Positions 53,295 to 61,161 of a stretch of DNA of 64,000 nt are shown in pieces. The notes under the pieces were generated by a model. The model had not been told where the DNA came from, did not search any database, and saw only the letters and a program-made list of their open reading frames with translations. The stretch comes from an uncultured Candidatus Saccharibacteria bacterium (lineage in GTDB: Bacteria; Patescibacteriota; UBA1384; XYA2-FULL-43-10; 1-14-0-10-43-13), in NCBI GenBank assembly GCA_964406145.1, contig CAYOQP010000004.1:1924-65923 (forward strand), in the 5' to 3' direction. A program made the translations under genes and the position numbers. The stretch's first letter is position 1, and each line of letters starts with the position of its first letter.

Positions 53295-55556
53295 ATGAAA
53301 ATATCTAAAAGTTGGCTTAAAAGTTACATTGTCCCAAATCTTTCTGATGAAGAAATTGCGGACAAACTTTCTCTTTCTGGCACATCCGTCGAGGCAATAG
53401 AAAAGGGGATTGATCCAGGAGTGATTGTTGTCGAGATCAGAAATATTATACCCCACCCTCAGGCTGATAGATTGCGTCTCGCTACTGTTTTCGATGGGAC
53501 GGAAGAGCTTACTGTGGTATGCGGCGCGCCAAATATTGAAGTCGGACAAAAAGTGCCGTTAGCAAAGATTGGCACCAATTTACCTGCTGGAAAAATAGAG
53601 AAAGCCGTTATTCGTGGTGTTGAGTCGTGCGGAATGTTGTGTGCTCCAGATGAGCTTGGTCTTGGAGAGGATCACAGTGGAATTTTTATTTTGCCAGAAG
53701 ACTACGTGGCTGGTTTGCCACTAAGTGAACAATTGAAAAGTGATACTATCTTCGACATTGAAATAACACCAAATCGAGGCGATTGCCTGTCTCATATTGG
53801 TATCGCTCGAGAGCTTTCTGCTCTAGTCGGCAAAACAATAAAAAAAGAGCCGATTTCCCTAGATTCAATTTCAGAAAAGGTCAGTTCTAAATTAGAAGTT
53901 GAAATAAAAGACGCTAAACTTTGTTCTCAGTATCAAGCTAGAATGATTGAGGGCGTTACCGTTGCTGAGTCTCCGGAGTGGCTTAAGCAGAAGCTCATAA
54001 GTATTGGTTCCAAACCAATAAACAATATTGTTGATGTCACAAACTATATTATGTTTGATCTTGGACAGCCCCTCCATGCTTTTGATTACGACAAAATTTC
54101 TGGACGCAAGATTGTCGTTAGAACTGCGCAAAAGAATGAGCAAATAGTGACTCTGGATGGAATTACAAGAAAACTTGAGAATAATCACCTTGTGATCGCT
54201 GATAAGGACAAACCAGTTGCTGTCGCAGGAATAATGGGCGGAATTAATTCTGAGATATCAAATAAAACCAAAAATATCGTTTTGGAGTCTGCGGAATTTC
54301 TGAAATCAGCAATTTACCGATGCTCTAAAGATCTTGGACTTTCGACTGACGCTAGCTATCGTTTCGAGAGGGGAATTGATTCTGCAACGGTAGAATATGC
54401 ATTGAACAAAGCCGCAAAAATGATTGCCGACTTAAGCGGCGGCAAAATATTGACTGGTATTGTTAGAGAAGTTTCTAAAAATGAAAGTATTCACATAAGA
54501 CTTGAAGAGGCCAAAATTAATGAAATTTTGGGCACAAAGCTGTCACGGGATGAAATGATTCACATTCTCAAATTGCTCGGTTTTGAAATTAAAGAAGACC
54601 TGTGTCTTGTTCCATCGTGGCGTCATGATATTAATATTTGGCAAGATCTAGCAGAAGAAATAGGCCGAATTTATGGCTATGGCAAAATCGAACCAGTTAA
54701 TGTCCCGGTATCAAACAAATCAAAAAACTCTAGTTATCACTTTTCTGAATATCTCAAGGATATTCTTGTGGAGTGTGGATTTACGGAAACCCTAAACTAT
54801 GCTTTTCTTTCTGAAGAAGATGCCAAAATGGCTTCACTCAAAGTTAGTAGCTTAATAGAAGTAGCAAATCCAATCCAAGCCGAAAATAAATATTTGCGTA
54901 ATTCGCTGATTCCCAACCTGCTTAAATGCGTGGCCAAGAATCCAGCTTCTGATCAGATATTTTTGTTTGAAATCGGACATGTCTACACTAAAGATGCAGA
55001 AACTAAGATGCTTTCCATTGTCACGGCTGGAAAAGATGCTAGAAAACAAATTGAATTTGCAACTCAGTTATTGGCCGATAAGGCTGGAATATCGTTAAAA
55101 TTAATGCAAATTACAGAAATACCTCGCGACGAACTTAGTCGTTTCAAAATAAAAAAACCATTAACTTATGTTGTGGAAATTGCTCTGGATAAATTCGAAA
55201 AAATTTATCTTGCTAAGAAAGATATTAGTCTTAAAATCTCAAATAAGATTGTTCATTATCGTCCAATATCTAAATATCCGTCCCTAACAAGAGATGTGGC
55301 TTTTATTGTCGATAAAAAAACAGATCCCGACAAATTAAAAGAGATAATTTATTCCGTTTCGGATTCAATAAATCGCGTAGAACTCTTTGATGAGTTCTCT
55401 TCTGATAAATTTGGCAAGGGCAAGAAGAATATCGCTTATCATCTCTTTATTTCCAGACTTGATCGTACCATGACAGATCAGGAGGCCGATCAAATAATGA
55501 AAGAAATTTCTAAAATAGCAAAGATAAACTTTGGTGCAGAATTAAGACAATTTTAA
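53295..55556 (+). CDS. pheT: Phenylalanine-tRNA ligase beta subunit
   Basis: HPQADRL, VCGAPN, ITPNRGDCLS, RFERG, DLAEEIGRIYG, B8 RDVAF. Confidence 0.97.
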   Translation: MKISKSWLKSYIVPNLSDEEIADKLSLSGTSVEAIEKGIDPGVIVVEIRNIIPHPQADRLRLATVFDGTEELTVVCGAPNIEVGQKVPLAKIGTNLPAGKIEKAVIRGVESCGMLCAPDELGLGEDHSGIFILPEDYVAGLPLSEQLKSDTIFDIEITPNRGDCLSHIGIARELSALVGKTIKKEPISLDSISEKVSSKLEVEIKDAKLCSQYQARMIEGVTVAESPEWLKQKLISIGSKPINNIVDVTNYIMFDLGQPLHAFDYDKISGRKIVVRTAQKNEQIVTLDGITRKLENNHLVIADKDKPVAVAGIMGGINSEISNKTKNIVLESAEFLKSAIYRCSKDLGLSTDASYRFERGIDSATVEYALNKAAKMIADLSGGKILTGIVREVSKNESIHIRLEEAKINEILGTKLSRDEMIHILKLLGFEIKEDLCLVPSWRHDINIWQDLAEEIGRIYGYGKIEPVNVPVSNKSKNSSYHFSEYLKDILVECGFTETLNYAFLSEEDAKMASLKVSSLIEVANPIQAENKYLRNSLIPNLLKCVAKNPASDQIFLFEIGHVYTKDAETKMLSIVTAGKDARKQIEFATQLLADKAGISLKLMQITEIPRDELSRFKIKKPLTYVVEIALDKFEKIYLAKKDISLKISNKIVHYRPISKYPSLTRDVAFIVDKKTDPDKLKEIIYSVSDSINRVELFDEFSSDKFGKGKKNIAYHLFISRLDRTMTDQEADQIMKEISKIAKINFGAELRQF

Positions 55557-55564
55557 GGATTAAA

Positions 55565-56998
55565 ATGAAAAGAACATTTATCGCTGAAACGGTATCACAA
55601 ATCGGTGCCGAACTAACTGTTAAGGGTTGGGTCAACACTAGACGTGATCATGGAAAGATTATTTTCCTGGATCTTAGAGATATGACCGGGATCTTACAGG
55701 TTGTACTGGTGCCTGGCAGTAAGGCATACGAGAAGGTGTCTGACATTCGTCCAGAATGGGTTATATCAATTACTGGATTAATTAATCAAAGACCGGCAAA
55801 ATTGGTTAATGACAAAATGATTACAGGTACAATTGAGATGGAAGCCATTGATCTCGATATTTTAAGTCAGGCCAAAACCCCACCATTTGAGATAGATAAG
55901 AATACGATGGGTATCGACGAAGAATTAAGACTTAAATATCGCTATCTTGATCTTCGAAGTGAGAGAATGGCTAAAAACATCACACTTCGTCACAATCTTG
56001 TTAAGAATATGCGCGAAAAAATGTACAAAGAAAATTTTCGAGAAATCGAAACTCCATTTTTAACCAAATCAACTCCGGAAGGAGCTAGAGAATTTGTCGT
56101 ACCCGCAAGAATTTATCCTGGCGAGTTTTATGTCCTTCCGCAAAGTCCACAACAGTTCAAGCAATTACTGATGGTTGGCGGCATTGAACGATATTTTCAG
56201 ATTGCTCGTTGCTTTAGAGATGAGGATCAAAGAGGGGATAGGCAACCAGAGTTTACCCAGCTTGATGTAGAGATGAGTTTTATTGAACAAGAGGATATCT
56301 GGGAACTAATAGAGCCAATGTTGATTGAAACTGTTGAAAAACTTCTGCCAGAAGCAAAAATAACACAGAAACCGTTCCCGAAGATGACTTATGCTGAAGC
56401 CATGGAAAAATATGGTAGTGATAAGCCTGATTTGCGCAAAGACAAAAATGACAAATCCGAGTTGGCTTTCTGTTGGATAGTTGATGCACCGCTTTTTAAA
56501 TATTCAAAAACTGACAAGAAATTAGTTTCAAGTCATCATCCGTTCACAATGCCTCAAGAGCAAGATCTGCATTTACTTGATACTGAGCCAGAAAAAGTTA
56601 GGGCATATGCCTACGATATTGTTTTGAATGGTTTTGAAATCGGTGGTGGCTCAATCAGAATTCATAAGCGTGATATTCAAAACAAGATTTTTGATCTATT
56701 GGGTGTCTCCGAAGAAGAAAAGAAACGACGTTTTGGCCACATGCTAGATGCATTCGAATTTGGAGCTCCTCCTCATGGCGGAATTGCTCTGGGAATTGAT
56801 AGAATATCAGCGATTTTCGCTGGCGAAGATGCAATTCGTGAGGTTATGGCTTTTCTAAAAACCGGTGATGCTAGAGATGTAATGATGGGTGCGCCAAGCC
56901 AAGTTTCAGAACAACAGCTCAAAGACGTTCATATTTCATTAAGAAAAGAAGCTGAAGGCAAGGAATTAAAGGGCGCCGACACAGTTATTGGCGACTAA
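55565..56998 (+). CDS. aspS: Aspartate-tRNA ligase, short GAD-less form, probably non-discriminating
   Basis: RRDHG, RYLDLR, LPQSPQQFKQ, CFRDED, HHPFT, GAPPHGGIALGIDR. Confidence 0.96.
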   Translation: MKRTFIAETVSQIGAELTVKGWVNTRRDHGKIIFLDLRDMTGILQVVLVPGSKAYEKVSDIRPEWVISITGLINQRPAKLVNDKMITGTIEMEAIDLDILSQAKTPPFEIDKNTMGIDEELRLKYRYLDLRSERMAKNITLRHNLVKNMREKMYKENFREIETPFLTKSTPEGAREFVVPARIYPGEFYVLPQSPQQFKQLLMVGGIERYFQIARCFRDEDQRGDRQPEFTQLDVEMSFIEQEDIWELIEPMLIETVEKLLPEAKITQKPFPKMTYAEAMEKYGSDKPDLRKDKNDKSELAFCWIVDAPLFKYSKTDKKLVSSHHPFTMPQEQDLHLLDTEPEKVRAYAYDIVLNGFEIGGGSIRIHKRDIQNKIFDLLGVSEEEKKRRFGHMLDAFEFGAPPHGGIALGIDRISAIFAGEDAIREVMAFLKTGDARDVMMGAPSQVSEQQLKDVHISLRKEAEGKELKGADTVIGD

Positions 56999-56999
56999 G

Positions 57000-57290
57000 A
57001 TGAACGACAAGATTCAAATAGAAAAAATCGAAGCTAAAATTACCGAGATTGAGAAGCGTAATTCTAGAGTTGAACTAGATAAGGCATGGGAAACCAGTCT
57101 TGCAAGAAAAATTCTAGTCTCTTCTGTTACGTATGTTCTCATAGGGGTATATATGCTCTGGTTGGGCGTCAAAAGTCCCTGGCTTAATGCCTTAATTCCT
57201 ACTGTCGGTTTTATTTTGTCCACTCTTACTCTGGCAAAAATTAAGGATCTTTGGTTGAAAAAGCAGGGGAAAATCGTAGATGAACATTAG
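57000..57290 (+). CDS. Small two-TM hypothetical protein
   Basis: Start moved to ATG 57000; coiled N-terminus RNSRVELDKAWETS then two hydrophobic segments. Confidence 0.75.
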   Translation: MNDKIQIEKIEAKITEIEKRNSRVELDKAWETSLARKILVSSVTYVLIGVYMLWLGVKSPWLNALIPTVGFILSTLTLAKIKDLWLKKQGKIVDEH

Positions 57291-57996
57291 ACTAAATAAA
57301 TTTATTGCCGACTCGGGCGTTTGTTCTAGGCGTGCCGCCGATGTTTTGATTAAATCGGGCAAAGTTAAGCTTAATGGAGAAACAATTATAGAGCTGGGAA
57401 TTAAAGTAGATTCCAAAGAAGATTGTGTTGAAATTGATGGCAAAACAATATTTGCCGCTGATTCCTTTGTTTATTACGCATTAAACAAACCAAAAGGCTT
57501 TATATCTACCTCAGAGTGCGAACCGGGACAAAAAAAGATAGTGGATCTCGTGCCCGTTTCGCCGAGAGTTTTTTCTGTTGGTCGGCTTGATAAAGATTCA
57601 GAGGGTTTAATTATCCTTACTAATGACGGCGATCTGACCAAACAATTAACTCATCCTAGTTTCGAGCATGAAAAGGAGTATGAGGTTAGAGTCGTTGCGC
57701 CCGCCGACAATACTGTAAATGAGGCTATAATCAGAGATCGTTTTATCGGCGGCATAAATATAGACGGAAAAGTTATGAAGGTGGATCAAGTTAATAACTT
57801 CTTTCAAAACGGCAGAAGCATGAATTTTAGATTAGTTTTGCACACCGGCTACAATCGACAGATACGCAAAATGTGTGCTAAAATGAATCTAGAAGTGACT
57901 AAATTAACTAGAACAAGAATCGGTAAACTAAAATTGTCAGATCTCGGAATTAAGTCTGGCGAATATAAAGTTTTTGACCGATCGGCAATTTTATGA
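57280..57996 (+). CDS. RsuA/RluB-family rRNA pseudouridine synthase
   Basis: S4 domain RLNKFIA..SRR, NKPKG, catalytic GRLD, KEYEV, GYNRQIRKM. Confidence 0.93.
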   Translation: MNIRLNKFIADSGVCSRRAADVLIKSGKVKLNGETIIELGIKVDSKEDCVEIDGKTIFAADSFVYYALNKPKGFISTSECEPGQKKIVDLVPVSPRVFSVGRLDKDSEGLIILTNDGDLTKQLTHPSFEHEKEYEVRVVAPADNTVNEAIIRDRFIGGINIDGKVMKVDQVNNFFQNGRSMNFRLVLHTGYNRQIRKMCAKMNLEVTKLTRTRIGKLKLSDLGIKSGEYKVFDRSAIL

Positions 57997-58949
57997 CAAA
58001 GTTAATTCTTATTTGTTCAATTTTACTAAATACTTTTGGTTTTTCTGGCCAATCTGCAAATATTGACAAGAATATTGTTAGTAACGTCGCCGGAAATCAA
58101 CAACAAGTATCGGCCTCTGACTCCGATTTTGTTTTGCCGGAAATATCCTCTTACCCAATTGTCGATCAGGACTCTGCTCAAGCTTTAATTTATGCAAAAA
58201 ATTATATTTTAATTGACGGAGTTTCTGGAGCGACACTAAAAGAAAAACAGTCAGATGTACAAGTGCCCATTGCTTCGACAACGAAAATAATGACTGCAGT
58301 TGTTGCTCTGGAGAATTATAATCTCGACGATGTTGTCACAATCTCTCCCGAAGCCGCGAATCAGATTGGTGCAACGGCCAATTTACGAATCGGGGAAAAA
58401 ATGACAGTTCTAAACTTACTCAAATGTATGTTAATCAAATCCGCAAATGGAGCTGCCGACGCTTTGGCAGAAAACATGAATATTTCTGGTGAAACTGGTT
58501 ATTCTAAGTTTGTTAATGAAATGAATAAAAAGGCAAAAAGTCTTGGCATGATGAACACAAAATATAACGATCCTGCTGGCCTTGACGTAACTGGCTACTC
58601 GTCTGCCTATGACTTGGCTATAATCACCAAATATGCTCTAAGAAACGAAACATTCGCCTCAATTGTCATCACTAAAACGGAGTCGGTTAAGGATGTAACT
58701 GGAAATATCTGGCATCTTTTGGAAAACTCCAATAGATTGGTTCGTGAATGGGACTATCCTGGTGCAATCGGTGTTAAAACTGGCTACATGCCAGAAGCAG
58801 GTCATTGTCTCGTTGGTGCTGCCAGAAGGGATGAACACATCTTGATTGCGGTTATTCTCAACACAAATGCAGACACTCCGAGCGCTTCAGCCGAAGAGGC
58901 GAGAAAAATTCTTGATTGGGGTTTTGGGAATGTGACTTGGGTCGATTGA
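57993..58949 (+). CDS. D-alanyl-D-alanine carboxypeptidase (peptidase S11)
   Basis: Signal peptide, IASTTK (SxxK), SAN (SxN), KTG. Confidence 0.93.
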   Translation: MTKLILICSILLNTFGFSGQSANIDKNIVSNVAGNQQQVSASDSDFVLPEISSYPIVDQDSAQALIYAKNYILIDGVSGATLKEKQSDVQVPIASTTKIMTAVVALENYNLDDVVTISPEAANQIGATANLRIGEKMTVLNLLKCMLIKSANGAADALAENMNISGETGYSKFVNEMNKKAKSLGMMNTKYNDPAGLDVTGYSSAYDLAIITKYALRNETFASIVITKTESVKDVTGNIWHLLENSNRLVREWDYPGAIGVKTGYMPEAGHCLVGAARRDEHILIAVILNTNADTPSASAEEARKILDWGFGNVTWVD

Positions 58950-58973
58950 CATTAATATAAATTATGATATAGT
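58946..58973 (+). promoter_or_regulatory. Promoter of orphan gene, overlapping the upstream stop codon
   Basis: TTGACA-16 bp-TATAGT with TGn. Confidence 0.7.
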
Positions 58974-59013
58974 AATCACAATCCTGAAACTCTGGGCATG
59001 AAAGGTGGTTACC

Positions 59014-59367
59014 ATGAAGCGTATCGCTGTGCCGGCAGTATTTCTGTCGGTTTTGTTTTTCCTGCTGGTCGGTCTTCTTGTCCGATCAATGAATGTTTCG
59101 GCAAAAACGCTGAAGCTGGCTGAAGACCAGCAAGTTCTCATTAGGGCACAAGCCCAAACCATCAAGTTGTTGAAGAAAGACAATGAAAGATGGTCGGAAA
59201 ATCTTCTCGAATCGCAGCAGAAGCTCTCCGAAGTGATTGACATGCAGTCGGGCGTGATTCGCTCGCTTAATCGTGACATCACTCGGACAAGACGCGAAAA
59301 CCTTGAGCTCAATAAGCGGCTCTCGCTGCTTTCTCGAGATCAGAAAGGTGAAGTTGCGCACCAATGA
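59014..59367 (+). CDS. Orphan single-TM coiled-coil protein
   Basis: AGGTGG SD before ATG 59014, one TM, long heptad-like helix; GC above flanks. Confidence 0.7.
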   Translation: MKRIAVPAVFLSVLFFLLVGLLVRSMNVSAKTLKLAEDQQVLIRAQAQTIKLLKKDNERWSENLLESQQKLSEVIDMQSGVIRSLNRDITRTRRENLELNKRLSLLSRDQKGEVAHQ

Positions 59368-59394
59368 GTAATCAGAGTTCTGTCGAAAATCCAA

Positions 59395-59429
59395 AACGCC
59401 CACAAAACTATAAGAGTAATGTGGGCGTT
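59395..59429. terminator. Hairpin between convergent genes
   Basis: AACGCCCAC...GTGGGCGTT; T tract follows on the minus strand. Confidence 0.55.
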
Positions 59430-59448
59430 GTCATTTTGAATAGAAAAT

Positions 59449-60144
59449 TTAGATAGTTGTTTTTATCTCTTCCCAATTTTCAAGCGCTTTTTGAGCTGCG
59501 TTTGATTGAGCCTTTTGTTTTGATGGTCCCTCGCCAACCGAGACTTCCTTATTGCCAATATGTGCAGAAACCGTAAAAACCTTTGCATGATCTGGTCCGA
59601 TTTCGCTTTTTACGAAATATGTTGGAGTGATGCCAAATTGTTCCTGAGCCATTTCTTGGAATTTACTTTTAGCATCATATTGGAGTCCCATCTTCAAAAT
59701 ATTATCAAGTTTATAGCAAATATTTTTCATAACAAAATCAAAAGCAACTTCAAATCCAAGATCTAAATAAATTGCACCGATTAGTGCTTCAAAGGCATTG
59801 GCAAGAATAATATCTCGAGCTTTGCCGACATTCTTAGCTTCGCCACGAGAAGTCTTGATATAGGGATCCATGCCCAATCTCTTGGCTTCTTCGGAAAGAG
59901 ATTCACCTTTTACTAGGGCGCTACGCCAGTTGGTTAGTTCACCTTCTGGCTTGTTAAATGTTTCATATAAAAACTTTGTTGCCGCTAATTCCAAAACAGC
60001 GTCACCCAAAAATTCCAGCCTTTCGTTGTGTTCAAGATTGGATTCTTTGTGCTCATTGAGATACGATCTGTGAATAAATACTCTCTCTAGTAGTGATCTA
60101 TCCTTAAATTGAATCCCAATTTTCTTTTCAAAATCTTCCAACAT
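59449..60144 (-). CDS. rnc: Ribonuclease III
   Basis: HRSY, NERLEFLGDAVL, EALIGAIYLD, dsRBD GPDH...G.SKQKA. Confidence 0.98.
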   Translation of the reverse strand: MLEDFEKKIGIQFKDRSLLERVFIHRSYLNEHKESNLEHNERLEFLGDAVLELAATKFLYETFNKPEGELTNWRSALVKGESLSEEAKRLGMDPYIKTSRGEAKNVGKARDIILANAFEALIGAIYLDLGFEVAFDFVMKNICYKLDNILKMGLQYDAKSKFQEMAQEQFGITPTYFVKSEIGPDHAKVFTVSAHIGNKEVSVGEGPSKQKAQSNAAQKALENWEEIKTTI

Positions 60145-60599
60145 TAGTTCCCTTCGTTATTCTTTATCGTCTCAGCATCTCTGTCGGAGATGATTTGTTT
60201 TTCTAATTTCTTATAAACCGTACCAAGAACCCCATTAACAAACTTTGAAGAATTATCGCCCCCAAATTGTTTAGAAAGTTCAACGGCTTCATTTATAACA
60301 ACCTTTGGGGGAACATCCTTTAGATTCAAGAGTTCAAATATAGCAATTCGCAAAACGGTTTTATCTATCAATGAAATCTGATCGATTGGCCATTCTGGCG
60401 CTGAGTCGTCAACTATTTTATCAAGATTAGTTTTATCTTCTGATACGCCATTAACTATTTGATCAACAAAGTCTTTTTCGCATTTACCTTCGTATTCTTC
60501 AATATTCCGATTCATTATCTCGGAAAGATCTGAGTCATCTCGAAAATCCCACTCATACAGAGTCTGCATTGCAATCATTCTAGACAAATGGCGATTCAT
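60144..60599 (-). CDS. nusB: Transcription antitermination factor NusB
   Basis: [32 protein letters not shown]. Confidence 0.97.
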   Translation of the reverse strand: MNRHLSRMIAMQTLYEWDFRDDSDLSEIMNRNIEEYEGKCEKDFVDQIVNGVSEDKTNLDKIVDDSAPEWPIDQISLIDKTVLRIAIFELLNLKDVPPKVVINEAVELSKQFGGDNSSKFVNGVLGTVYKKLEKQIISDRDAETIKNNEGN

Positions 60600-60617
60600 T
60601 TTTCCCTCGAGAAGAAA

Positions 60618-60800
60618 TTATTTTTCGTTTGTTTTAATTACGGTCTCTTTTTTATAAGTGCCGCAATTATAGCAAACTTTGTGGGGCTCTTTAGCTTCGT
60701 GGCATTGTTCACAAAAAGAAAGAGATAAGTGCTTAATCTTATCATGCATTCTTCTCATTCCCTGCTTAGAGTTATTTAACCTTTGTTTTGGTTCGGCCAT
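60618..60800 (-). CDS. rpmF: 50S ribosomal protein L32
   Basis: MAEPK..., RRMH, CEQC, PHKVCYNCGTY. Confidence 0.94.
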   Translation of the reverse strand: MAEPKQRLNNSKQGMRRMHDKIKHLSLSFCEQCHEAKEPHKVCYNCGTYKKETVIKTNEK

Positions 60801-60861
60801 GATATCCTTAGAGTTTATTTACTTTTGATATTATTGCACAAATTATGATATAAATCAAGTT

Positions 60862-60890
60862 TTGACTTGAACTCGGATTGAGCGTATAAG
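60862..60890 (+). promoter_or_regulatory. Promoter of orphan zinc-finger gene
   Basis: TTGACT-17 bp-TATAAG. Confidence 0.5.
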
Positions 60891-60911
60891 ATGATTACTG
60901 GGGGGCAGAAT

Positions 60912-61130
60912 ATGAACTGCATTGAGTTCACTCGTGCTCTTGTGGCTCTAATCATAAGTCGTGGTGGTTATACCGAGCAAATGATTAACCACGCAGTCGA
61001 TTGCGAGGAGTGTCGCAGAAGTGTTTATGAAGAACACAAACACCAACTCATTCTTCGCACAACGACACAGAAACCAATCGAAATGGTCTTCATTGACTAT
61101 GTTTGGGCCGTAAGGCAAAAAATCAAGTAG
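60912..61130 (+). CDS. Small orphan protein with zf-HC2/ZAS-like motif
   Basis: Start moved to ATG 60912 after GGGGGG; MNC-x23-HAVDCEEC (C...HxxxCxxC). Confidence 0.65.
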   Translation: MNCIEFTRALVALIISRGGYTEQMINHAVDCEECRRSVYEEHKHQLILRTTTQKPIEMVFIDYVWAVRQKIK

Positions 61131-61161
61131 GGCGTCGCTTCGCACGTAAGTGGCGCTCTAC
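61127..61161 (+). repeat. 14-bp hairpin spanning the stop codons of both convergent genes
   Basis: GTAGGGCGTCGCTT-7 nt-AAGTGGCGCTCTAC, three G-U pairs on + strand. Confidence 0.7.

Noticed and set aside
58962-59403. Minus-strand ORFs overlapping the orphan coiled-coil gene
   Set aside because: The + strand ORF has promoter, SD and coherent TM/coiled-coil topology; these do not
41354-60800. Zinc-ribbon forms of L24, S14, L36, S4, L32 and the Adk lid as a special system
   Set aside because: Cys-containing forms are the common ancestral state and not distinctive
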